A stretch of DNA of 61,002 nt, filler included. It is 11 parts of 11 records of this genome, joined end to end, with 100 filler letters (N's around TTAATTAATTAA, not from the genome) between each part and the next. Parts side by side here need not be neighbours in the genome. Positions count along the whole stretch, not along the records: positions 16,107 to 20,589 come from SRR15195285_5580; positions 20,690 to 29,594 come from SRR15195285_5585; positions 29,695 to 33,425 come from SRR15195285_5591; 8 more parts are not named here. One strand, 5' to 3'. Below the pieces are notes generated by a model, which saw only the letters and a list, made by a program, of their open reading frames with translations, was not told the origin of the DNA and made no database searches. This document shows positions 17,528 through 29,896 of this stretch, piece after piece; position 1 is the stretch's first letter; each line of letters begins with the position of its first letter. Both the position numbers and the translations under genes were made by a program.

Positions 17528-20273
17528 TTACATTTCACCATGATGAAGCATGGCTTGCGAAATTGCCATCTCGCCATGGTGTCCGTACTGTGGCAAAAAA
17601 CATCAGCGGGCAAAACATCAGTCCAGATGGCAAATGTGGAATGGCTTTGAAACTTACAGTACTGTTCGTTACTGCTTTGACAAAGATCGTGACTCCGTTC
17701 ATCTTAGGAGGCGTGGCAAGGCCATCCTCAGGCCGACCCCACATACACGGGGGACTTGCAATGTAACCTGGTTCGTCAAAAACGGCTTTTCCGTCACGAA
17801 CCGTATCGTTGACATACCCATGCGTCCCCCCGTAAACAGGCTGCGTCCGACACAAAAGCTCGCCGGTGTCGTTCCTCCACGTTTCCATGTACAGGCAAGT
17901 CGGCGCGTGACAATGATGATGGATCGCCGCCAGGTATACTGGCGGCTCCTGTTCAGCCACAGGCGCCCATGTGCCGGTGATGGTGTGATTGCACAGCTTG
18001 CAGCCCTGTCCGTTCCCTCCACCACGACACTGTGGATTTCGTCGATTCTCTTCGCACTGGGGCACGTCATACTCGCAACCCTCGTGAGACCCAATGCACC
18101 AGTCTACTCGTTGGATTTGCTTATGGTGGCTTGGATTGTACTCTTGGAAGTACACCCGGAATTTTTTGTAATAGATCAGCGGTTGATCGGGCCACGGGAT
18201 CTTCTGATCGGCATCGAGCAGATGCCAGCCATGTCGACAGGAGTCTAGGCCCCCGATATATGATCGAATATCACACGTCGGATTTCGCTGCGCCAGCAGG
18301 TCTTCGCGAGGTTGCTCGTCGCAGCGCGGGCGGTCAAACTCAACCGTGCTACCTGTAGGCATGTACTCCAGAGAGCCTTTGCCTGCCCCGAACGGCGCAG
18401 CCGGAATGCTGCACACACAAACCGGGCTATTGGTCGGCCAGAGCCGCATCTCAGCAGCGCCATGTGGAGCAGCACCGTGTGGGCCGAAGGCAGAGCTGAC
18501 TCCGACGGCAGAGATGAAACCAAGGGAGAGGGTACTTGAACTGAAGGTATAGTGCGAAGCCGTCGCCCCCAACAGTGCGCGGCTGAGAACGACCGTACGA
18601 ACGCCATCAGAGACTGAGGTAGACAGAATGGAGACGCTGGGCTTGAGGAGCTCGCCTGGGACATGCTTGCCCAACTTGCGCTCAGAAACTTTCGTGCCTT
18701 CTACGATGATTGTGTAAGGGGCGTCCTGCATCAGCTGCGCATCAAAGCCCACACCAAACCAGACAGAGTCTGGTCCGCTCAGAGTAATCTGCACACTCGA
18801 GTTGGAGCCGGACACAGCAAGGCCTACGGTGACGTTCGCATTGACCAAGACGCCACTTAGGTCGGTGCTTTCACCAACGTCACAGCAAGCTGTCGAGCTG
18901 CCATTGGTGTTGTAAATCAGCCGCGCGCCACCATTCTTGTCAGCGGCGACACTGCATCCAGGCGGGAGCGCGCCTGATGACACCTCTTGCGTAGTGAAGG
19001 ACGCTGGTATCCCAGGCAACATCTTACCCGCAGAGAAACACTGCGCAGCACCAGAAACAGCATGTGTGCAACTGCCGTGGGCAGCCGTGGCGCAGCTTGT
19101 GGGCACTCCAGGAACCTGGCTGCCTCGGACCAGACGCCAGCCTGTCACGATACCAGCCTGGGCAGTCTCCGTTGCGGCACCACTCACACGCAGATAGCAG
19201 TCGTTATGCCACGCCACCTGACTGAACTTGGGGGAGATCCATGTGAATCCAATGCACGACATTTCTGCTGCGCACGCGGCCTCGCACAGTGTGGCGTTCG
19301 GGGTTTTACCGGCAGTGATCACGCCGGTGCCGTTGGCACCAGGCCTGAGCACAGCGCCAGCAATGCCGTTGACGCCTTGCTTGACACAGAATGGAGCCGG
19401 ATCGGAGCGTGGGCACGAGACAGCCTGAGCAGCGAAGCTGGAGTTGAAGCCAGCCGATCCAGGCGCGAAGGTCTTGCGTATACGAGTGGTGACAGGGCAC
19501 TCGAGCAACCCCGAGTAGATTGCGTCTGGACCAGAAGTGGGGGCAAGAGAGTTGCGCGGGTGCGGCCCCGGCACGAATGGCGATCCCGTCAGGTTCATCT
19601 GTTCGCGATTCCAAGTGTCGACCTGCATCGCTATCCCGTTGATCACAGTGGGGGAGTCCACGAGCTGGGCAAAAGGAGGGGCGTACACGTGCAAGCTTTT
19701 GCGATACTCCCCGCCGTTCCCGTCGTCAAACATGGCTGATGTGGGGACACCGTTGGCGGACGGCTCGTGCTCGACCGGCAGCCATACCTTGTTGGGGTCA
19801 GACAGCCTGCCGTACCTGTGCTCGCCGCTAGTGACCCGCGGGTCGAGCTTTGAGACCACTTCCATGTGCGAACCATGGCCGGTAATCAGAGTGTTATGGT
19901 GGTGATTGTACGCCACGTTGATCGGAACCGACACGTCCCCGCTTGGGGTGCGTCGCACCTGGTCCATCTCCACCGCGACAATCGCCATCACCTTACCAGC
20001 GAAGCGGTCCACGATCTGCTGCGGCAGGTCATCGCTGCTGGTCGTCCACCAGACCATGCCGTACGTGCTGTTGATCGGCCCGTGGTAAGCATCGAACGAC
20101 TCAACCCCACCCGGGTAGGACATCAGATTGGTGGGGAAGGATTTCTCCGAGGGCGCGTCGGGCGTCCTCCAGTACACGTAATCTCCGTTCATGTTCGGGG
20201 CGGCGGCCTCCGGCGCCGCTCCAGCGACACACCACGCACACCCAAGCAACGCGCCTGCGCTTCTGAGCAGCAT
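17528..20273 (-). CDS. Secreted SURNod19-like / Cu type-II monooxygenase-like protein with internal PAN/apple and DOMON domains; intron 17588-17657
   Basis: Signal peptide MLLRSAGALLGCAWCVAGA; VPINVAYNHHH; PAN-like CEAACAAEMSCIGFTW...CYLR; DOMON-like ITLSGPDSVWFGVGFDAQLMQD...RTVVLSR...GPHG; AIHHHCH...GELLCRTQPVYG...EPGYI. After the gtaag...cag intron the C-terminus reads YGHHGEMAISQAMLHHGEM*. Confidence 0.75.
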
Positions 20274-21332
20274 CCCACGTGCCTAGACACGTGCGCAGGT
20301 GGTGCAGCGACCGCGCACTGCCGTGCGGGCGGGTCCACGCGCGCGCACCGCGCCGCCGCCGCGGTCGGCGGGAAGCGTCGCACGCCGCACGCGCGCGCGC
20401 GACGCGCGGCGCGGCGCGGCCGTGCGGCGTTTGTCGTGCGTAATCGTTGAGAGCCCAGGTCAGGATTGAATCCACAGGCGGAACCACCATCGAGGAGGGC
20501 GTTTGCGCGTTTCCCTGAACGGCATCTGCGGCACCGCCCGGTTGGCCACTGATAAAGTAAGCAGACTCCGCGGACCGCCCCGAGACACTNNNNNNNNNNN
20601 NNNNNNNNNNNNNNNNNNNNNNNNNNNNNNNNNTTAATTAATTAANNNNNNNNNNNNNNNNNNNNNNNNNNNNNNNNNNNNNNNNNNNNGACAGGGTAGC
20701 GTGCAGGGAAGAGTAACAGTAGTCCCCCCAGCCTATGGCTGACAGCAGGGACGGGATGACGCCGACTAGATGATAGGACCCACAGAAGGAGACGCCCCCC
20801 CGCGCCCAACAATATAATGTTACACCGTGGTAGTGGGGGATTGGGCTTGACTCTTTTGTCCTTATTTCAGTACTGAGTGCTAAATACATCTTAAATGTCA
20901 ATGTCAATGTCAATGTCACACGTCGGCCGCCAGTCTCGGAATTCCCTATTCCCATCCATGAGCAAATGAGCATGTTCCTCGTCGGGTAGCGCTCATGGTA
21001 GCGCTGGCTCCAGGCCAAACGAATCAATTCGTGACGGACGCGGGAGTCGAAGATCCTCAGGAACGAGGAAGCCTTGATGGTCACAGCTCACGAACAGAAG
21101 AGCTCAGTTCCTCTCGATGCCTGAGTGTACCCCGTACGGGGCGTGAGTGGACAGCCGGGAGGCCTGTGGCGTGACCTTTGGTGCTACGCCGCCGTCTAGC
21201 CATCTGGGATGCACTGCCCAGCCACTGCCTAGGGCACCTATCCGTATATATCGTCTGCACAGCACGCTGCGTCCTCTGCGGCGCGCTAGTGTGCGTCGCC
21301 GCCCGGCCAGGGCGGTTGGCCTGGTGCCAGGG

Positions 21333-22052
21333 ATGGTGCAGGTGGAGGTCAACTGTGCGGTGTGGGTGAAGCAGGGCTCGTCGCGCTACTGGCCCTGCGT
21401 CTCCCGGGCGCTGGACGATGTGGGTGAGGACTCGCTGCGCCGAGAGCTGCAGAACCAGATTCGCAAGATACAGGCGAAGCACCCGGACCGCGTTGCCACT
21501 GGCCCGTCACCGACAATGGTGCTCGTCGAGTTCTTGGGGTCCCACGATTATGCTTGGGCTCAGATCCACAAGATCGAGCGGTTTCGTGGCGGGAAGGACG
21601 CACCAGACGGCCCGACAGTGTCCACCGACGAGTACCACGAGGCGGTCAATCGTCTCACAGGCTATAGCGGCGCCGTGAAAGAGGCGGAGGAATTCTGCAG
21701 GGAGCAACGCGAGGTGGAGCGGGTGGCGAAGAAGCCTCGGGCACGGAACGACAGCTCCAGCCAGGTCTCCAGAAGCAAGGAGAAGAAGAGCGACGATCGA
21801 AAGCGACAGCGCACGGACGAGAAGAAGAGGGAGAAAGCCAAGCCAGCAGCAAACGCTGCTGAGGTCAAGGAGATCGCCGCACTCAACCAGGCTCTTGCGA
21901 GGCAGATTAAAGCTGCGGAGAAGCAGCAGTCAGCTGCCGCCGGTGCGAGCGGCCGCAGTCGCCGGGCTTCCACTGCAGCTAGCTCGCGCGCAACGTCGCA
22001 GGCGGAGATGACGTGGGTGCTACAGCAAAAAATCAAGGAGGGCAAAGGGTAG
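21333..22052 (+). CDS. PWWP-domain protein with basic C-terminal tail
   Basis: VWVKQGSSRYWPC...VLVEFLGSHDYAW...I..F...Y..AV.EA matches the PWWP pattern; a K/R-rich NLS-like tail follows. The first ATG in the ORF is at 21333. Confidence 0.8.
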   Translation: MVQVEVNCAVWVKQGSSRYWPCVSRALDDVGEDSLRRELQNQIRKIQAKHPDRVATGPSPTMVLVEFLGSHDYAWAQIHKIERFRGGKDAPDGPTVSTDEYHEAVNRLTGYSGAVKEAEEFCREQREVERVAKKPRARNDSSSQVSRSKEKKSDDRKRQRTDEKKREKAKPAANAAEVKEIAALNQALARQIKAAEKQQSAAAGASGRSRRASTAASSRATSQAEMTWVLQQKIKEGKG

Positions 22053-22154
22053 AGCGTCTGACAGAGGGTAGCAGCGACTTTCGTATCAATCTGATCTGTC
22101 ATCAATCAGTACACTCGTGCCGGTCAGCTTACCAGCTGGTCTGTAGCGTGTCCA

Positions 22155-25100
22155 CTAGCGCGTCCACTCAACAGCGCAGTACTCGGTGGCGGACCGCTCT
22201 TGGTGGAGCCAAGTTGCGGACTCATCTAGCCACTCAAACTTGTGGTACTTCGCTATGTGGACGAAGGTCTGTAGAAGCTCAACGAACGACTGCCGACTGT
22301 CGCGTGGTCGGTATTCGCCGGAGCATGCGCAGCCTGCAGCCGTGAGCAACACGCGAGAAAGCATCCAGTCGCACGCACGTCGTGTCAATTGCTGGTCATT
22401 CAGACGCGACAAGCTCTGCAGGTCGGGACTCACGTGGCTGTAGATTCTCCGACGCGCCCTTGACATTCTTGCACTTTACACACACCAAGTCCGTCATCGA
22501 ATGTCCAACCGCGCGCCGTTGCAAGTAGCTGCGATACAAGAATTCGTTGCATTAGTCAGCCATCCGGTCAGCAGCGATTGGTTTGTTGCGGTGAGAAGCT
22601 GTCGAGCAAGTCTGAACTTGACACCAATGCACTCACGCAACGAGCTCTGACTCGATAGCATCTTTGCTGTACGGCGCCGTGCATTCCGGGCATAGCCACT
22701 CCTCTTCCGCATCGAGGTTCACGATGTCCGGCTCCCGCATCAGATCCAAATCGCGGCTGCAGAACAGATAGCCAGTTTAGACAAAGACCAGCACACAGGT
22801 CGAAGCATCGGATACTGACATGACCTACCTGAACTGGCATGACGTGCATATGACATCCGGGAGCGTGAAACCACGGCAAGGCGCGTGGAACTGCGACTCC
22901 GGCGCAAATTCCTTGACCTTCAGTAGTCGCAGCAACGTGCGGCGCATCGCTGCCACCTGCAGAACAAGCAAGACACAAATGCGAGCGCAGAGGTTACGTC
23001 AGCCGAACGTGCAGAATCGATCTGAGCAAATGGACACAGTGTGTGATCAAACAGGCTCAGGTTCATCAGGTACCTCTTTTTGAGCATCGTGGTCAAGACC
23101 AAAGACGTGTGAGACTGTCTTTACGAAATCAAGTGCGACGCGCCCAGAGCCTGGCACATCTCCCAAACCTGGTGGGCGCCGCTGCTTGCCTGCTGCCTCA
23201 TCCTCCTCCGCTTCCGCCTGGGCTAGCTCAGCGCCTGCCGCGCCGTCGTATTTGCGCTCAATATGATCCACCATCAAGCATAGTCGCCGTGTAAGCGATG
23301 TTTTCACCGCCTTTCCAAGCGCTTCTGCTACTGCATCGGCCTGCGATGATGCGTTGCCCGGCTCTTGACTGCAAATTCGAGCAGCTTCCAATGCACGTGC
23401 AGTTTGTACCGGCACCTGAATGAACTCCGCGACCACACGATGAAAGAATGTCTGCTGTTCGGTTGGAAGGTATTTGGCCACGTTGAAGTTGATCTCCACG
23501 CGGTCCTGCTCAACCTCTTGTGCAGCGCCGGCGTTGTGCTCAGGTGACGAACCTCCAGTTAGCATCGCGTGAGCATCATCCTCATCCATCGGTGCTGAGA
23601 CGTCGTCGTCTGCATCCATGGCATCAACGTCGTCAATCTCCTGCGGCATGGAATCTGCAGCGTCGTCGGCATCGACCTGTAGCCGAATGCCACCATAGTT
23701 CGCGCGGTCCTTGTAGAGCAGGCACCGCCACCAGCCACGTGGGATGAAGCTGACCCGATTGAACAACTGGTTTTCCCCGGTCTGGATTGTGTGGATCAGA
23801 TAATCGAGGTACTGCTGAGCAGTTGCGACATTATCTTTTCCTGTGCAAAGGATCACCTTGTTGAAGCAAGCAGACACTATTGTGGCACCTAGCGACCGAA
23901 GCTCCGCCATCAGTTGCAAGAACACCTTTTCGATCATATTGCGAACCGTCTGAAACAACCTTGGGTCGTACAGTTTCGAAGTTGGGCTGCGAAGCCAACG
24001 ATAAAAGTTCATCAACATTTCATCTGCTTGGGCACTGCCTGCCTGGGCCTGCTTGTACCAACGCTCGACCATAGTCTTCAGCACGCGGAATGCTGGGATT
24101 GTTGCGGATGCATCGTCAGCGTCATCAACCTCACCAGCTTCTCCGAACGTTGCCGCGCCTTCGATGTCATCCACAAGGTCAGCATTAAGCACAGTATTGA
24201 CTGCAAGGCCGAACAGGTCCAACTCGACACAAATGCTGCGGTACGAGCCTTCGACGTTTTTGACTGGGTCTGCAAAGGCAGTGATCCCTGTGTCTTCCTC
24301 GTTGCCACCGAGGTCCGGCAATGCCGCTGTGGAGTACCAAACACAGAAGTTCTGACTAGTCAATGAGCGGCCAAAGGCAACATCAGCAATGAAAGCTCTG
24401 CTGTCACCCTCGATGTTTCCGATGGGAATGCGGGCAAAGCGAGCCAGGTCAGTCTGGTCATCCCACCATTCATCCACCTCTAGCGACCGCTGCATCATTC
24501 GGCGGACGGTCGGAGTCTCCCACCCGAGTTGAGGGTATACGTCGTCACTCGCTATGGAAGGAATGCAAACAGCCGGCATATCAGCGAGGGCTGGAATGGT
24601 CGACAAGTGAGTTTGCAGTGTTTCTGACGACTGGAGCAGCAGCACCGTTGCCGCCGTTTTGTCCTTTTGCAGCCGTGCAAGCTCACGCTGCATCGCTTTT
24701 TGCGCCACTCCCAGAACGGAAGCGTAGGTCAAGTCGACCTCGAAGCCCTCTGGCATCCCAAGCTCACGCACTAGGCGGCGGGTGTTGACGCGATCGACGT
24801 TGCCCGCCTGTCGGCTGACAACGAACACCCAAGCCTTACGCTCGACCGCGTCAAAAAGGCCGAGGACGGCACGGTCTCTGCCACTGTGGCTATGGTACAT
24901 CCAGACGCGCCGCAGCTTGATCTGATCAGGTCGAAGATACGAGGCATCTGCATGTTCCACTTGCTCCAGAGTGAAGGCACCAGTCGCGTCTGGTTTCGCG
25001 TTCTTTACGAGTTTGCAGACGCTGCCAAGTTTCATAATCGCCTTGAAGATTTGTGGTGTTTGAGCTTCATACACACCCTCCACAGCGGAGTCACTCATCA

Positions 25101-28100
25101 TCATCTGCAACTCAGATTCGCGCTCTTCGGGTAGCTTTTGACGATATAGGTGCATGCATCGTCTCGAACGCGGTAGTGTCTTCCGTACTTGGCAATGCTC
25201 CATCCCAGGCTGATCTTGGAACGAGTTGACGTAGACCACGCGAGGAACGCTTAGGCGTAGCTTTTGCAGGTTCGATCCGCCAACCAGAACCCACGCCATG
25301 TATGTGGACGGAGCATCCTGGACGATCTGCAATATCTGCCAGTGTGACGTACCAGCTGCGATACTCTGCCGCTGGAAAAAGTCAGAGACACCCATGGCTC
25401 CTTTGCGGCCCGGCAAGATGCCAGCCTCGCGGCGACGTCTACGTTCTTTGCGCAACTCTTTCCACTTCTTTCTGCTGCTGGAAACCCACGCTTCGTAGTC
25501 CTGGTCGATATTGACCCGCGGACCGGCTGCGGCAGCTGCAGCAGGCTTCCGGTCGAGATGATCATGCAGCAAGTCAGTTCCAGCCGTCTTGAAAAACTGG
25601 CGGACCAGCGGTGCCTTCTTGGGGCCACCGGCTGCCGGCTTGCCAAAGTCCTCCATATCTCCATTGTCACCAGGAGTGAGCAATTTCTGCTCGTCGGGCT
25701 TGCCCGCAGTAAAGTAGTTTGTCAAACTGCTCTGGTTGACACCGCTCTTTCGCTGGCGAACCTGCTTGGCCAGCCAGTCTGGGTGCTCGACGCGCGGCAC
25801 GGGGTTCTCCAGGCCTTGCAGTGCAGCGGGGATCGTGACAATCTTTTGTATCGTGCTACTTAGGCGAGTGATATAGTACTTCCAGTCAATAATCTCCCGC
25901 ACGTCGAGGTCAACCGGAATCGAATTGTCCTTCAGCCATTTCTTAAGGTAGTGGTGACGCACAGTAGGTTCCTCTTTGAAAATAATGATTGGAATAGCGC
26001 GCTCAGTGATTTTTGCACCGAAAGGTTTCTTGCTGATGATGAAGTCACATGCAAGGCTGGCGCCTTCGATCATCTCTGGGCCCAGGAACTGCGCTAGGCG
26101 AAGTGCAGTGGTGATCGCTTGCGACTTGCGTCCACCGTATTCTTCCAGGGTCTTCGACATGGTGGTACGTTCGGTGAGCAGCTGAATTAGCTCCTCGTCG
26201 TCCAGATCTTCTCCTTGCGAGTGAAGAATGTCTAAATATTGATCGGCGATCACAGCGACCTGTCCGTACGTATTTTCCAGCGAATCGCCGTTTAGAAAAG
26301 GAGAGTTGGCAGCGAAAATCTGAGCCTGGAATACTTTGACAATTTCAAGCTCGCCGCGGCGCTTGAGCTCGAACCCCTTAAGCTCGGCAAGCGAGCCGTC
26401 ATCCTCGAATACCGCGTATCGCTTCTTGATGGACTTTCCTTCCTCCTGCGAAGCAGGCAGAATCATCGCTTTGTATGGACCATCAACCTCGAAGAAGATA
26501 GAGCACTCGGTTTTCTTGTCGTATTTTTTCGTTGCAGGATCCACCAGCGTCTGATACTGTGGGTTTTTGAAGTGCTCATCGCAGTCTGCATTGAGCATAA
26601 CGCATGGGTATGACACCGTGTGCTCGCCACCCTTATCGTCCTTGAAGACGACATCTTCCGGGAACGACTTTGGAAGAACACACCAGATGCCGTCTGTGTC
26701 AAGCTCCAGCGCCCGGCCAACGTGTTGAACGAGGTCTAATGCCCCTTTGATGATGCGAGCTCCGGTCAGCGTAGTCACTCCTGCCATCTCCATCGAGTAC
26801 CACCTCGCGCCCTTTCGCATAACATAACCATAGAACGAGTTGAGAATGCATTTGTGTGCAAGCTGCAGCGACTCGTACAGCACGACCATATCTGCGGCCT
26901 CTTGGATCTCTGCTGGGTCAGCGCCACGTTTCTTCGCTGCAATATGGGCCTTGAAAGCGTCTTTCGTCTTGGCCTTGTACACATATCGTCGGTCACGAAA
27001 CGCAAGCACAGTGTCAACGTAAAACCCGTTCTCACGCTGACACACGATTGCCTCACGGAGCTCTTCCTCAGTGTCCTTCACCCGCTTGTGGATTCTCCGT
27101 GAGTATTCCTTGACGCGAGCCTTCGTGATTTCCGACTGCTTCTGCGGCTTCAAGTCTGCGAACAGTACTTGAGATGACGTCCCTTCATCCTTGTTCTCTA
27201 CGAGAATGCGCTCAGACTCCAGCTGGCGTGAGATCATGCGTACAGCGTTTCGATCTGCTGGAAAGTAGTCGCCACGCCAGATCCATTCCAACTTGCGCTG
27301 GCAGTCGTTGCCGGCGCGATTGAAATCGCACGCGGCACATGTGGCTGCGGTCACCATAGACGATGGCTGCAGCCGATTAGTCAGAATGATATTGGGATAC
27401 ATAGCTCCGACGTCGAGGTGATAGATCACAGGTTTTTCTGTCCTGACCGGGTCTTGTTGAAGAGCCACGAGCTTGTCGATAATCTCCTTGCGAACCTCGT
27501 CGTAATTCGTAATTCGAGACAGCGGCATATTCTTCATCGCATTCTCGTCCTGCTCGACGGCAAATTTCAAGTCTGCGTCTATCTTGTCGATCAAAGTCTG
27601 AAACGCCTCGGGCTTCATGTCGAAGTCACAGTCCAAGTCCGAACGGAAAATACCCGACTCTAGAGCCTCTACGTGCCCGCCGATGTAAGTTTCCGAATCA
27701 AGCAAGTGTCCTTTATACGTTCGGTGGTGTTCTTCTTTGTGCTTGTTCGGGCACACGATCCTTTTGTTGAACGCCTCGACCTGAAGCAGAAACTCGCATA
27801 GCGTGCCAGATCCCTTCCGCAACACGTCGTCGGGGCCCATCGGAATAATGTTGCAAAGTGAGAAGATGAAGGGGTGCACATACTTCATGTACAGATAGTA
27901 CGTGGCCACTGCGTCGGACACTGAGTACGTGGCCAGGCTCTGCGGGTCCGTGGAGCAGAAGGTCATCATGTCCTCTGGATCCAGCTCCACCGGGTCGTAG
28001 CCCAGCTTGTACCGGGTCACCGCTTTCAAGCCCTGGCTCCCCTGTGGCAGGTAACTGTCTCGCTTCACCCAATAGAAGCAGTCCAGGTGAATCCCGCTGC

Positions 28101-29319
28101 GGCCGAGGCATTCCTTCGTGTCCTCGTTGCACCGCATTCCGATCTCGCCACCCATCCACATCTTGTGGATTCGCGCGCGCTTCTCTACGTAGGGCCAGTC
28201 GAAACCGTCGCCGTTGTACGTCACGAAAACGTGGGGCTTGAGTTCTTTGATGTGCGAGAAAAATTTGGCCAGCATGGCTGCCTCGTCTGGCTCATTGAAC
28301 ATCTCGAAAGGCCCCGGGTACTCCGGCTTGGGAGTGTACTCGAAGTCCTCGATGTCTTCAACGACGATCGCGCGATTAACAATGAGGTAGCCTTGTCCGT
28401 CGAACATGTAAGAGATCATCGTGATCGGATCCTTGTCGGCGTCTGGGAATTTCAGCTTGGCCTTGGATGTTTCGATATCGTACGCAAACACGCGAGGGCG
28501 CGGTCGCGATACCAGGTCCTCCCGGTGCGTTAGCGTCACCTCCCCGGTATCCGCCGTGACCTCGTACCACAAACCGATGCGCAGGAACAGGTCGATCGAC
28601 ACGCGCGAGACGTACGGCACGTCAAACTCCCGTATGTCGTTGATCGTATCGAAGTAGTCTGTCACCTTGTCGGTCTTCTCCGCGCCAAAAGGGTCGGAGT
28701 ACACGTCAGCCGCGCCCGCCTTCGACTGGTTCTTCTCCACGATGGGCAGCAGCTCGCGCTTGACCGTCATTAGATCGGTGACGAGGCGAAACGAGATCTT
28801 CAGCAGCGTCTTCTGGATACCAGACAGGTGGTTCTTCAGGTCGAGGTCTTCCATCGTCACGAGCTCGACGTCGAGGATCTCCTCCTCGAAGCGTCGCCGC
28901 AACAGCTCGTCCACGTTGCGCTCCATGCCTTCCTTGACGCCGAGCAGGAAGTACGGCGCGAAGGTCTTCTTGACCTTGAAGCAGTCGCCGTCGGCCTGCA
29001 GGAAGAAGAGGTCCACCGCGGCGGACTCGGTGCCCGTCTCGATGTCCACCACAGTGGTGCCCCGCATGTTCATCAGCCAGCCCACCTTGCGGTCGCCGTC
29101 GAAGTAGCGCTCAAATCCCATCGACGCGTCGAAGACGTCCTGCGCCGCCAGCTTCTGCTGCCGCTCCTGGATACCATCCTCGCCGTCCGCGAGCTTCCCG
29201 CCGGTCTGACGCGCCGCGAGACTGCCACCCTTCCCACCACCGCCGCCCCCACCGCCCGTAAACGCAGCGCGGTACTTCTCCTGCACCTGCGAGCGCGACT
29301 TGGGCTTCCGCCAGCTCAT
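22155..29319 (-). CDS. POLE: DNA polymerase epsilon catalytic subunit; introns 22957-23073, 22757-22828, 22529-22636 and 22334-22433
   Basis: ExoI AYDIETSK, YVEKR/DSYLPQGSQGLK, motif A LDVGAMYPNI, the Fe-S Cys cluster CAACDF...C...CQREN, LNSFYGY and motif C LELDTDGIW. Splicing four GT-AG introns restores the C-terminal zinc-finger cysteines (CTSC...CPEC; CVKC...CAC) and ends at TAG 22155-22157. Confidence 0.98.
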
Positions 29320-29896
29320 CCCGTCTGCAGCGCCGGCCGAGCTCGCCCTAGCCGATCCAGCCCGAGCACCCCCGCGCCGTGCGGCGGCGTCGGCGCCAGG
29401 CTGGGTTGCAGCCGCCGCAGCGGAGGGCGGGGCGGCAGCAGCCCGCGAGGCGCTGCAACAAAGAGGTAGCTGGTGTGTCTGTGTTTGCGCGGTTTGCGGT
29501 TTGAATGACCCGGCCTGAATTCAAGATTCATCGTCATAGACTTGCATTGATTCAGTATGATTCGTGATATTTATACCACTATGAGTACGAACTTNNNNNN
29601 NNNNNNNNNNNNNNNNNNNNNNNNNNNNNNNNNNNNNNTTAATTAATTAANNNNNNNNNNNNNNNNNNNNNNNNNNNNNNNNNNNNNNNNNNNNTCCGGC
29701 TACTACTAACACACAATTGCACACACGTACCCGCGGACTGGATCACTTGAGATTGAGCGAATCCACGACCACTGGCCATGCTGAGTTAATCTCTTATCAA
29801 AAGTATCAGTGTACTCTCGCTCGGCCGTGCGCTGCCCGGCCCTTCGCCCGCCTTGCTCCTGCTACTGCTCCATTTCACTTCATCTAATGCTGGATT

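Noticed and set aside
22013-22345. Possible extra plus-strand exon extending the PWWP gene
   Set aside because: It overlaps the last exon of POLE on the opposite strand and has no recognisable motif.
29480-29510. Possible E2F/CHR cell-cycle elements upstream of POLE (tttgcgcgg, tttgaat) and gcgcgaaa upstream of PIF1
   Set aside because: Short and only partly matching in a CGCG-rich background; not distinguishable from chance.
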